Shown one piece after another: positions 36,461-45,309 of a DNA stretch of 45,309 nt. The position numbers were made by a program, and so were the translations under genes. The stretch lies in the sequence record SRR22947727_28; one strand, 5' to 3'. The notes beneath the pieces are model-generated. The model had not been told where the DNA came from. It did no database searches and saw only the letters and a list, made by a program, of their open reading frames with translations. Position 1 is the first letter of the stretch; each line of letters starts with the position of its first letter.

Positions 36461-37990
36461 ATGAAAAAAATTTATAATAGCTTAAGGGAATTTTCAAAAG
36501 AGAACTTAAAATTAAAAAAATCCAAAAAAAAAGTAGTTTTATGCCATGGTGTTTTCGATTTATATCATGCGGGGCATCTAGATTATTTTGAAGAAGCTAA
36601 AAAAAATGGGGATATACTAATTGTAAGTCTAACTACAGATAAATATGTAAAAAAAGCTCCAAATAGACCTTATTTTAAATTTTCTAATAGAGCCAAAGTT
36701 ATCTCAAGTATTGGATTAGTTAATTACGTAATTAAAAGTGACGATGAAACAAGTATAGAGGTAATTAAGTTTTTGAAACCAAATATATATTTTAAAGGTC
36801 CAGATTATAAAGATCATAAAAAAGATCCAACAGGAAATATTAAAAAAGAAATTCAGAATGTAAAAAAATTTGGAGGCAAGGTTATGTATAGTTCTGGTTT
36901 GACTTTCAGCTCAAGTAAAATTTTAAATGAGTTTAATGAGTACGATTTATTGCAAAAAAAAACAATTTCATACATTAAAACTAATTATAACTTTGAATAT
37001 ATTGAAAAAAATATTTTTGATAAATTACTAAAGGATCAAATCTTAGTAGCTGGAGATACAATTATTGATAGATTTGTATTTTGTAAAAATATTGGAATAT
37101 CTAGTAAAGAAGCAATTAGGACAGTGGAAAAAATTTATGAAAAAAAATTTGTTGGTGGCTCAATAGCTGTTGCAAATAATATTTCTAATTTTGTTAAAAA
37201 AGTTTATCTAGTAACAGCATTAGGTGATCGTGTGCCAGATCAAAATTTTTGCAAAAAGAATTTGAATTCTAACGTTAATTTAAAAAATATAATAATAAAA
37301 AATTCACCTACAACTCAAAAAACTAAAATTGTAGACATTGACACTAATCAAAAATTACTTGGAATATATAATTTTAAAGATGAAGAGATAAAAGGAACCA
37401 ATCATAATAAATTGATAAAAATTTTTAAAAAAAGTGTTAGAAATATTGATTTAGGTATAGTGCTTGACTATGGACACGGCTTATTTAATAGAAAATTTGC
37501 AGACTTAATCTTGTCATATAAGAAAAAAAACTTTTTTTTTAATACTCAAATAAATGCAGCAAATTTTGGGTATCATACAATAGGTAAATATAAAAAAGCA
37601 CAATTTGCTATTATAAATGAAGTAGAACTTAGACATGAAATGAGAGATAGAATTTCTGAAATAGAAATTCTAATTAAATTGATGTCAAAAAAACTGGAAA
37701 TTAATACTTTAGTTGTAACTGCTGGAACAAAAGGTTCTTATGCTTATTCGAGAAAAAAAAATAAAGTGTATCATTGTGCTTCATTTGCAAAAAATGTTGT
37801 TGATAAAATTGGAGCAGGAGATAATTTTATGTCAATTTTTTCTTTAGTTTCAAATTATTCTAAAGGAGATTTAATGTTACCTTTGTTTATTGCTTCCTTA
37901 TCAACAATTGATGTTTTATCAGGGTATGGCAATCAAAATAGTTCAAATCTAAGCAGTTTAAAAAAAAGAATAATGTATATTTTAAAATAA
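36461..37990 (+). CDS. Bifunctional nucleotidyltransferase / PfkB sugar kinase (HldE domains in reversed order)
   Basis: N-terminal HGVFDLYHAGH, KGPDY and SSS; C-terminal GDTIID, GG..VANN, DYGHG, NEVE and DKIGAGD. Confidence 0.9.
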   Translation: MKKIYNSLREFSKENLKLKKSKKKVVLCHGVFDLYHAGHLDYFEEAKKNGDILIVSLTTDKYVKKAPNRPYFKFSNRAKVISSIGLVNYVIKSDDETSIEVIKFLKPNIYFKGPDYKDHKKDPTGNIKKEIQNVKKFGGKVMYSSGLTFSSSKILNEFNEYDLLQKKTISYIKTNYNFEYIEKNIFDKLLKDQILVAGDTIIDRFVFCKNIGISSKEAIRTVEKIYEKKFVGGSIAVANNISNFVKKVYLVTALGDRVPDQNFCKKNLNSNVNLKNIIIKNSPTTQKTKIVDIDTNQKLLGIYNFKDEEIKGTNHNKLIKIFKKSVRNIDLGIVLDYGHGLFNRKFADLILSYKKKNFFFNTQINAANFGYHTIGKYKKAQFAIINEVELRHEMRDRISEIEILIKLMSKKLEINTLVVTAGTKGSYAYSRKKNKVYHCASFAKNVVDKIGAGDNFMSIFSLVSNYSKGDLMLPLFIASLSTIDVLSGYGNQNSSNLSSLKKRIMYILK

Positions 37991-38091
37991 ATATAATCAT
38001 TTAATTTAAATTTAATATTTTAATAAAATAATTGTTTAATAAATATTTATTGTTATAAGCAATTTTAGTAACTTTTTTTTAATTTAAAATC

Positions 38092-39087
38092 ATGCAAAAA
38101 AAATTTTTAATAACTGGTGCGGCAGGTTTTATAGGCAGCCATTTAGCTGATTATTTATTAAAACAAAAAGAAACTTCAAAAATAATTTTAATTGATAATT
38201 TAGAAGATGGAACTCTTCAAAATCTTAAAAATACATTAAAATCTAGAAAAGTAAAATTTTTTAAAAGAGATATTAGAGAATATGACAAAATAAAAATTCT
38301 ATTTAAAGATATTGATGTTGTTTTTCATCTAGCCGCACTGTCAGATGTTGTTCCTTCAATTGAAGATCCTATAGATTATTTAAATACTAATATTATGGGT
38401 ACTGTGAATATTTTAGAAGCAATGAGAAAAAATAATGTAAGAAAAATTATTTATGCAGCATCATCTTCATGCTATGGAATACCAAAAACATATCCAACAA
38501 ATGAAAATGAGAAAATAGATCCTCAATACCCTTATGCTTTTTCAAAAAATTTAGGTGAACAAGCAATTAATCATTGGTCAAAAGTTTATAAAATTGACTA
38601 TGTTTCATTAAGACTATTTAATGTTTATGGAACAAGATCAAGAACTAATTCAGCATATGGTGCAGCTCTTGGAGTTTTTCTTAAACAGAAATTATCTAAT
38701 CATCCATATACAGTAATAGGAGATGGAAAACAAAAAAGAGACTTTATCTATGTAGAAGATGTAGTCAAAGCTTTTTATGCGTCGTCCAAAAAATCTGTAA
38801 AAAATAAAATATTGAATATAGGAAGCGGAAATCCTAGGTCAATAATAGATATGTTAAAGATTTTGAAAGGTAAAAAAATTTTTATACCCAAAAGACCTGG
38901 AGAGCCTGACATAACTCATGCAAATATAAGTGCTGCAAAGCGTATATTAAAATGGAAACCGAATATTTTATTAGAGATTGGTTTAGATATTGTATTAAAA
39001 AATATTTTTTACTGGAATAAGGCTCCATTGTGGACTAAGAGTAAAATCAAAACTGCAACAAAAAATTGGTTTAAATACTTAAAATAA
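38092..39087 (+). CDS. NAD-dependent nucleotide-sugar epimerase/dehydratase
   Basis: ITGAAGFIGSH, HLAA, YAFSK, LRLFNVYG, DGKQKRDF and RPGE motifs. Confidence 0.92.
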   Translation: MQKKFLITGAAGFIGSHLADYLLKQKETSKIILIDNLEDGTLQNLKNTLKSRKVKFFKRDIREYDKIKILFKDIDVVFHLAALSDVVPSIEDPIDYLNTNIMGTVNILEAMRKNNVRKIIYAASSSCYGIPKTYPTNENEKIDPQYPYAFSKNLGEQAINHWSKVYKIDYVSLRLFNVYGTRSRTNSAYGAALGVFLKQKLSNHPYTVIGDGKQKRDFIYVEDVVKAFYASSKKSVKNKILNIGSGNPRSIIDMLKILKGKKIFIPKRPGEPDITHANISAAKRILKWKPNILLEIGLDIVLKNIFYWNKAPLWTKSKIKTATKNWFKYLK

Positions 39088-40107
39088 ATGAGCAATTTAT
39101 TAATAACGGGCGGTTCAGGATATGTTGGTTCTAGGTTAATTTATAAACTTTTAGAGGAAACAGATCATAATATTGTTAATTATGATATATCGTTATTTGG
39201 AGATAGTCATCTTCCAAAAAATAAAAAGTTTTTTTATCACAAAGAAGATATTACAGATGCTAAAAAGTTTGAAGAATCGATTGTAAAAAATAATATTGAT
39301 ACAGTCTTACATTTAGCATGTATATCTAATGACCCTACATACGAACTTAATTCAGAATTATCTAAAAAAATAAATTATGACTGTTTTGAAGATCTGGTTA
39401 AGGTTTCAAAAAAAAATAATGTTAAAAAATTCATATATGCATCAACTTGCTCTGTTTATGGTATTTCTGATAGTCCAAATGTAATTGAAACTAACGAATT
39501 AAAACCAATCACAGACTATAATAAATATAAAGCTCTATGCGAACCAATTTTACTAAAATATTTAGATGATAATTTTAATGGAATTATTATTAGACCTGCA
39601 ACTGTATGTGGCTTTAGTGAAAAAATGAGATTTGACTTAACAGTTAATATTTTAACAAATTATGCATATAATAAAGGTTTTATAAGAGTTTTTGGTGGTA
39701 ATCAGTCTAGACCTAATTGTCATATAGATGATATGTGTGATCTGTATAAAAAATTAATTCATAATGATATTTCAAAATTCAATGGAGAAATATTTAATGT
39801 TGGAACAGAAAATTTAAAAATTATTGAAGTAGCTGAAAAAGTGAAGTCAGTAATAAAAAATAAACTCAACAAAAATGATATTGAAATTAGAGTAGAAAAA
39901 AGTGCAGATATAAGATCTTATATGATTAATTCCGATAAAATCAAAAACATTTTTGGGTTTGAATTTAAAAAAACAGTAACCAATGCTATTGAAGATTTAT
40001 GTGATGCGTTTGAGAAAAACATAATTAAAGACAGTTTCTCAGACGAATGGTCAAATATAAAAGTTTTGACCAAGATAGAAGAAAATAAAAACCAAAACAA
40101 ATTGTAG
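39088..40107 (+). CDS. NAD-dependent nucleotide-sugar epimerase/dehydratase
   Basis: ITGGSGYVG, HLACISNDP, YNKYK and RPATVCG...RFDLTVN motifs. Confidence 0.9.
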   Translation: MSNLLITGGSGYVGSRLIYKLLEETDHNIVNYDISLFGDSHLPKNKKFFYHKEDITDAKKFEESIVKNNIDTVLHLACISNDPTYELNSELSKKINYDCFEDLVKVSKKNNVKKFIYASTCSVYGISDSPNVIETNELKPITDYNKYKALCEPILLKYLDDNFNGIIIRPATVCGFSEKMRFDLTVNILTNYAYNKGFIRVFGGNQSRPNCHIDDMCDLYKKLIHNDISKFNGEIFNVGTENLKIIEVAEKVKSVIKNKLNKNDIEIRVEKSADIRSYMINSDKIKNIFGFEFKKTVTNAIEDLCDAFEKNIIKDSFSDEWSNIKVLTKIEENKNQNKL

Positions 40108-40907
40108 TGAATAAAATACAAGAAAAATTTGAAAATAATGGTTATGTAATTGTTCCTGGAAATAAAGAACTGCTTAATAAAATTAGAAAAATTATTTTTA
40201 ATATCATCAAAAAAAATAAAAAAATAAAAGATAAAAGTGATAATGAAGAAAATATAACTAAAATTTTTAATAATTTTCATCATTATGTTAGTTTAAAAAA
40301 ACTAAATTCTTTAAGATTTAATATTTATAAGAATATTAATATTGGAAGTATATTTAGTGAAATCTATTATAAAATAGCTAAAGATTATTTAGATGAGCTA
40401 GTTGGAAATGAACTAGCCATGCAGAAAAAAATTAATTTATCAATTCAAATGCCAAATGATAAAGACTCATTGTTAGATCTGCATTCAGATATTTATGCTG
40501 GGGAAAGTCCATTTCAAGTGGTTGTGTGGATACCCTTGGTTGATGCTTATAACACAAAATCAATGTTCTTTACCAAACCGAGCTTTAATAAAAAAATGAA
40601 TGAAAAATTACTTAATACTGACGATTTTACGACTAAAGAAATGTATAATAAAAATAAGAAAAATTTTAAATTTTTAAATATTAAATTTGGAGATATTTTA
40701 ATTTTTTCTCCAATAATATTACACGGAAATACAATAAACAAAACAAAAGAGACTAGGTTTTCTCTTAATTGTAGATTTAAAAATTTACTTTCACCTTATG
40801 ATGTTACTGTGAAATCTCACAGAAATATCCCTAATTTTTATAGACCTTTAAATATAAAACCAATGACTAAAATTGGTTTTAATTATTTAAAAAAATATTC
40901 GAAATAA
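40107..40907 (+). CDS. 2OG-Fe(II) oxygenase, sporadic carbohydrate cluster type (TIGR04324-like)
   Basis: VGNELAMQ..INLSIQ.P, LHSD (HxD), SPF.VV.W.P, LHGN..N and TRFSLNCRFK motifs. Confidence 0.85.
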   Translation: MNKIQEKFENNGYVIVPGNKELLNKIRKIIFNIIKKNKKIKDKSDNEENITKIFNNFHHYVSLKKLNSLRFNIYKNINIGSIFSEIYYKIAKDYLDELVGNELAMQKKINLSIQMPNDKDSLLDLHSDIYAGESPFQVVVWIPLVDAYNTKSMFFTKPSFNKKMNEKLLNTDDFTTKEMYNKNKKNFKFLNIKFGDILIFSPIILHGNTINKTKETRFSLNCRFKNLLSPYDVTVKSHRNIPNFYRPLNIKPMTKIGFNYLKKYSK

Positions 40908-40910
40908 ATT

Positions 40911-41363
40911 ATGAAGAAATTTGCTGGTTATATTAATCTTAAAAATTTAAATGGTGTTCTTTATCCATCCTCAATTCAAAATATTATGATGAAAGATTAT
41001 ATACAAAATGTACTAAAGGGGATTTTTTATTTATCACCAACTGAAGTTTTGCAGGCAAAATTTCCAATCACATTAAAAACTCTTATAGGAAAAGAAACAA
41101 AAGTTGATGGTATTGTGATGTTATCAAGTTTTTATTTACCAGAAAATTATTTTGTTAGAAAAAAGATATATAAAGAAATTACTAAAATGAAAAAATCAGT
41201 ACATTTTATTTTAGATGAGTTGGTATTAAGATCAAATAAAGATATTGAAAAAATTGAAGAATATTTGATATTTAATAACGACTTTTTTACAAATACAAAA
41301 GCAAAACTAAATAAAGAAGAAAAATCTTTTATGAAAAATTTTAGTAAAGTTAATTTTGTATAA
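40911..41363 (+). CDS. Sporadic carbohydrate cluster protein (TIGR04323/LIC12192-like)
   Basis: GYI......G..YP..IQN.MM.DY, LS.TE, DGIVMLS...LP and VHFILDE motifs; directly follows the 2OG oxygenase, as is usual for this pair. Confidence 0.75.
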   Translation: MKKFAGYINLKNLNGVLYPSSIQNIMMKDYIQNVLKGIFYLSPTEVLQAKFPITLKTLIGKETKVDGIVMLSSFYLPENYFVRKKIYKEITKMKKSVHFILDELVLRSNKDIEKIEEYLIFNNDFFTNTKAKLNKEEKSFMKNFSKVNFV

Positions 41364-41383
41364 TAATCTAATTATCAAAACTT

Positions 41384-42046
41384 TTATTCAAAATAAATAA
41401 ATTCATAATCTCCAGTGTATTTTGATTGTTTTAATAACCAAATCCACTCTTTTTTTGATAAAAAAGATTCACATGTTAGCGCCCAACACTGAAGATTAAA
41501 AAGCTCCTTCTCATTCCTATAACTTTCGGAGCAAATAAAATGTTTTTTTCCAATTCTTTGGATTTCTTTAATGGCTCGAGATAAATAATTAATTTCTAAA
41601 TTATGTAGTGTATTAATTGAAAAAACAAAATCAAATTCTTTAGATTTAAATTTTAATTTTTTTTTTAAATCTCCTTTAAATAAAAATTTACTAATTTCTT
41701 TTTTTGAATTTTTAAGTCCATAAGTTGAAATATCTACTCCCTTAATCTTAATTTCTGGAAGAATCTTTTTTATTTCATACAATAAAAAACCCTTGCCACA
41801 ACCTAAATCTAAAACTTTTGAATTATTGTTAAGTTTATATCTTTGAATAAATTTTTTTGCTACCTGTTCCCATCTACCAGGTATATATTTATATCCTCCG
41901 TAACCAAATTTTCTATTTCCATCCCAATAATCATAACCATATTTTTTTGAAACAGTCATACATTTAACTTTTTTATTAATCATTCTTTCAATATAATTTC
42001 TCTTAGTTTTGGTATGAAGTGATGTAATTATATTGAGTTCCTTCAT
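41384..42046 (-). CDS. Class I SAM-dependent methyltransferase
   Basis: YWDG.R.FGYGGY, VLDLGCGKG, GVDIS and FDFVFSINTLHNL motifs. Confidence 0.9.
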   Translation of the reverse strand: MKELNIITSLHTKTKRNYIERMINKKVKCMTVSKKYGYDYWDGNRKFGYGGYKYIPGRWEQVAKKFIQRYKLNNNSKVLDLGCGKGFLLYEIKKILPEIKIKGVDISTYGLKNSKKEISKFLFKGDLKKKLKFKSKEFDFVFSINTLHNLEINYLSRAIKEIQRIGKKHFICSESYRNEKELFNLQCWALTCESFLSKKEWIWLLKQSKYTGDYEFIYFE

Positions 42047-42050
42047 AATT

Positions 42051-42542
42051 TTACCAATTCTTATTTAGATCAGCATCATTCTTTAAACTTATGAATGTAG
42101 GCCCATTTATTTTGTAAGTTTTTTTAACAAATTTTTCAGTTTCTGATCCATTTTTAGGATAAAAAGATTTTATATTTTTCATTAATGACATTAACTTCTT
42201 AGCATCTAGTTCACTATGAGTAGGTCCCAAAGAAGGATAATCTGCAAAACCAACTAGATTTACATTTGCTTTTTGTTGATCTATGTCTAATTTAACTTGT
42301 TCAAAAGGTCTTTCGATTAGAAAGGGAGTAATAGTATAAACCCAGGGTTTTAATCCTTGTAATGCTGCTCCCGCAGCAATTCCGATAATGCTTTGCTCAC
42401 ATATACCTAAATTATAAAATCTATCAGGATGTTCTTTTCTAAAACTATCAAAAATTCCATATCCAATATCACCTACAATCAAAATAATTTTTTTATCTTT
42501 TCTTGCAAGTTCTGTAATTATTTTTCCGAATGTTCTTCTCAT
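42051..42542 (-). CDS. Short transketolase beta subunit (pyrimidine-binding domain only)
   Basis: MRRTF, GDIGYG, NLGICEQ, PFLIERPFEQVKLD and GPTH motifs; 163 aa, with no C-terminal domain. Confidence 0.87.
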   Translation of the reverse strand: MRRTFGKIITELARKDKKIILIVGDIGYGIFDSFRKEHPDRFYNLGICEQSIIGIAAGAALQGLKPWVYTITPFLIERPFEQVKLDIDQQKANVNLVGFADYPSLGPTHSELDAKKLMSLMKNIKSFYPKNGSETEKFVKKTYKINGPTFISLKNDADLNKNW

Positions 42543-43303
42543 TAAAAACCTAATCTTTTTTTAGCTATAACTAGTTCCTCTTTACTTAACTTTCTTGCAT
42601 GCCAAACTGGATCATTTTCAAACTCCTTAACACCCTTGCCCTTGATAGTATTAAAAATAATTGCAGTTGGTAATTTTTTTTTATTTTTAAATTTAAAAGA
42701 TTTTAATATTGATGAAAAATTATGGCCATTTTTAACGTCTACACAATTGATATTAAATGATTGAATTTTTTTAACTAAATTATGTAGTGGCAAAGCATCA
42801 TTTAATTTTGAGAGAGCTTGAATTTTATTGTAATCAATAAGTATTATCAAATTTTCTAATTTATGCTTAGCTGCAAACAATAGCGTTTCCCAAGTAGTTC
42901 CTTCTTGACACTCACCATCACTAATTAAAACATATATCTTATCTCTTTTTTTTAAAATTTTATTTGCAAAAGCCATGCCTGCAGCAATAGGAAGTCCATG
43001 ACCGAGGCTTCCCGTCGTAGAAAAAATTCCATTTTTTTCATCAATTTCTAAATGCGTTGTAATTTTAGGTTTAAGACCTTTTTCTCTTAACAAAATACAA
43101 AGAGGAAATGATGCATGTGCTTTACTTAAGATAAATTTATCTTTTTTTTTTAATATTTTTGAGTAAATAGCCACAATAATCTCTATCATGGAAAAGCTAC
43201 CACCCAAGTGAGCTTCCTTTTTTTTTTGAAACATAGTTAAAGTATCTTGACGCAATTTTAATGCTTTCAACTTTAATTTTTTTATTTCATTACTCGAGAA
43301 CAT
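42542..43303 (-). CDS. Transketolase-family N-terminal (TPP-binding) subunit
   Basis: HLGGSFS, FILSKAH, TGSLGHG, SDGECQEG..WE, NGH and KGKG...WH motifs. Confidence 0.92.
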   Translation of the reverse strand: MFSSNEIKKLKLKALKLRQDTLTMFQKKKEAHLGGSFSMIEIIVAIYSKILKKKDKFILSKAHASFPLCILLREKGLKPKITTHLEIDEKNGIFSTTGSLGHGLPIAAGMAFANKILKKRDKIYVLISDGECQEGTTWETLLFAAKHKLENLIILIDYNKIQALSKLNDALPLHNLVKKIQSFNINCVDVKNGHNFSSILKSFKFKNKKKLPTAIIFNTIKGKGVKEFENDPVWHARKLSKEELVIAKKRLGF

Positions 43304-43355
43304 CTTAATATTGTATATTATTTATATTATTTGATATATTTAAATTAAACTTTTT

Positions 43356-44534
43356 ATGAAAAATTACAAAATATATTTTAAACTTTTTATTTTAATGCCA
43401 TTAATATTAATATTTTTTATTATTAGAATTTTTAAAAAATTTAATATTAATAGAATCATTTCACACAAAATAGGACATATGACAACACCAATGGAAATCT
43501 ATATTTGTGAAAGTAAAAGTGATCTAAAAAAAATTCCTACGGTTTGGTTTTTTGATAGAAAAATAGCTAATTTATTTTTGAAAAAAAAATTGTCACAAAA
43601 ATTATTTATTTTACCTCAGCAAATTTTAGAACCGATTTATATTTTATTTAATAAGTTTAAATTTTTTAAGTTTTTTCTTGTTGATTTTAGCAAAGAAACT
43701 AATGAGGTCAAAAAAGCAATTTATAAAGGTATAAAGCATATAGACAATAAAGATGTATTGTTAAAGTATAAACCATCGATTCAATTTGATGATAAAGAGG
43801 AGGCAAAAGGACAACATTACTTAAAAAAAATAGGTGTCCAAAATGAAAAATATTTTGGTTTTGTTTCTAGAACTTCAGAATTTCATAATGAAAAATATGA
43901 AGTTACTAGAAACTCAAATATTAATGATAAAATTGAAGGAGTAAAATTCTTGGTCTCCAAGGGCTATAAAGCAATAAGAATGGGGAAATATGAAACAAAA
44001 AAAATAAATTGGAATGACTCCAATATTGTAGATTATGCCACTTCTACTGATAGATGTGATTTTTTAGATATCTATTTAACCTCAAAATGTGAATTTTTAT
44101 TATCAGACTCTACTGGCAATACTTCTGTATTAAGCTTATTTAGGAAAAAATGTTTACTTGTAAACGAATGCTCCATTCATTCATTATCACGACACCCAGA
44201 AAAATTAATGATATTAATTAAAAAATTTAAAAACTTGTATACTGATAAACTTATTAGTTTTGAAGAAGCTTATAAAAAAAAATTAAACTATATTGGTTCA
44301 CCTAATGAGTTAAAAGAATTGGGATATGAAATAATTGATAATAGTAAAATTGAAATAAAAGAAGCCACTGAAAGCTATTATGATTTAATTAATAATAATT
44401 TGAATTTAAATGAAATTTATCAAAAACAAAAAAATTACTGGCAAAATGTAGAAAAATATATTGGAGATAGAAATAAATACAAAACAATTATTTGTCCTAA
44501 TTTTTATTCAAAAAATAAAAATTTGTTCGAGTAA
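43356..44534 (+). CDS. TIGR04372-family putative glycosyltransferase
   Basis: KIGH, IAN.FL, RNSNI, GY..IRMG, DYA....R.DFLDIYL..KC.F....STG and IIDNS..EI motifs. Confidence 0.8.
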   Translation: MKNYKIYFKLFILMPLILIFFIIRIFKKFNINRIISHKIGHMTTPMEIYICESKSDLKKIPTVWFFDRKIANLFLKKKLSQKLFILPQQILEPIYILFNKFKFFKFFLVDFSKETNEVKKAIYKGIKHIDNKDVLLKYKPSIQFDDKEEAKGQHYLKKIGVQNEKYFGFVSRTSEFHNEKYEVTRNSNINDKIEGVKFLVSKGYKAIRMGKYETKKINWNDSNIVDYATSTDRCDFLDIYLTSKCEFLLSDSTGNTSVLSLFRKKCLLVNECSIHSLSRHPEKLMILIKKFKNLYTDKLISFEEAYKKKLNYIGSPNELKELGYEIIDNSKIEIKEATESYYDLINNNLNLNEIYQKQKNYWQNVEKYIGDRNKYKTIICPNFYSKNKNLFE

Positions 44535-44597
44535 TATTAATAAATTATCAAGTAAAAATCCTAAAATAATAAAAAATTATAATAATTTGCTAAATTA

Positions 44598-45185
44598 TTA
44601 TAAAATAATATTTTTTTTATTTTTAATAAATTTTAAACGTATGCTTTGGCTTAACATATGCATAATAATTTGAAACAAGTCTTCGGAAACTCCATAGTTT
44701 TTTACCTCTAAGTTTAAATTAAGATTTGCTTTTTTTTGGATATTCTTTTTTGCAAAACCTGTAATACTTATGGTGAAAATTTTATTTTTTTTACAATATT
44801 GTAGTGTGTCAATTATATTTGGAGATGAGCCTGAGCAGCTTAATAAAATCACTATATCGCCTTTGGTATAGTAATTATCTAACTGAAAAGAAAAAACTTT
44901 ATTAAAAGAAATATCATTTGATACAGCTAAAATTGTCTCCATATTATCAGATAAAGAAACAATTTTTGGTTTTAATCTATTTTTTGAACTTAACTTTATC
45001 CCTTTGTTAAAATCGCATAAAAAATGATTGGCAACTGATGCTGAACCACCGTTACCACAAACGAATATTTTTTTGTCATCTCTGATTTTCTTATAAATTA
45101 TATCCTCAATCCTTTGTAGTTTTAAAAGATCAAGTTTATTAATTCCAGATTTAAGATAACTAAGATAGTTTGTAATATTTTTCAT
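44598..45185 (-). CDS. gmhA: SIS-domain phosphoheptose isomerase-like protein
   Basis: CGNGGSASVANH..CD, A.SND, F..QL, LS.SGSSPNI, ITGF and SED...MH motifs. Confidence 0.85.
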   Translation of the reverse strand: MKNITNYLSYLKSGINKLDLLKLQRIEDIIYKKIRDDKKIFVCGNGGSASVANHFLCDFNKGIKLSSKNRLKPKIVSLSDNMETILAVSNDISFNKVFSFQLDNYYTKGDIVILLSCSGSSPNIIDTLQYCKKNKIFTISITGFAKKNIQKKANLNLNLEVKNYGVSEDLFQIIMHMLSQSIRLKFIKNKKNIIL

Positions 45186-45309
45186 TTCTCAAATGATTAA
45201 ATTTTCTTAAAAATTAACTTACGTTTTTTTGGAAACTTTGAAATAAGTTTTTTTATAAATTAGTAAATAATATCATATAAATAAAAATTTTTTTCAGTGC
45301 ATAAATCAA

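Noticed and set aside
137-44673. Short overlapping ORFs in the track (e.g. 137-337, 1678-2043, 2457-2669, 4766-4960, 8334-8543, 14413-15160, 16141-16347, 17859-18161, 19492-19692, 21296-21535, 22648-22881, 30083-30319, 32028-32231, 39918-40283, 40547-40741, 44461-44673)
   Set aside because: They lie antisense to or overlap well-supported genes. Their F/L/I-rich composition is the expected shadow of Lys/Asn-rich coding on the other strand.
45186-45309. Possible 3' end of a further minus-strand gene at the right edge
   Set aside because: Two short open frames exist and neither is recognisable; there is too little sequence to call.
1-45309. CRISPR array, tRNA/rRNA, IS element, prophage or defence system
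   Set aside because: No regularly spaced repeats, GC-rich structured RNA segments, transposase/integrase motifs or nuclease-type defence genes were recognised by eye. Spacers are too short for large RNA genes.

Overview
Very AT-rich, gene-dense 45 kb segment that is almost entirely a cell-surface glycan (O-antigen/LPS or protein-glycosylation) biosynthesis island. AT richness, very short spacers and frequent strand switching resemble the hypervariable glycan island of streamlined marine Alphaproteobacteria such as Pelagibacterales; this taxonomy is an inference. The modules are: (1) a pseudaminic-acid-type module (class III aminotransferase, aldo/keto reductase, SpsF-type cytidylyltransferase, GNAT, pseI, pseB; 1-5166). 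(2) A co-oriented minus-strand acyl-assembly cassette (SDR epimerase, AAC(3)-family acyltransferase, TauD-type dioxygenase, AMP-ligase, LuxE-like, LuxC-like, FabZ-like, radical SAM, FabG-like, split transketolase, ACP), followed by a beta-propeller protein, a DUF4910-type protein and a repeat-domain protein (5306-20078). (3) A second nonulosonate-like module (SAF-less NeuB, DegT, NeuA, TIM-barrel epimerase, two SDRs; 21066-27727). (4) A GT-B-like protein with an ABC flippase. (5) A higher-carbon or furanose sugar module (DegT, formyltransferase, Glf-like mutase, RmlD-like, cupin, reversed-HldE, two SDRs, 2OG oxygenase pair, methyltransferase, minimal split transketolase, TIGR04372-type GT, GmhA; 32124-45185). 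Reading the spacers by hand gave three gene remnants absent from the ORF track, which record recent deletion and recombination in the island. No rRNA, tRNA, CRISPR array, integrase or transposase was recognised. All product calls come from motif recognition, not database searches.
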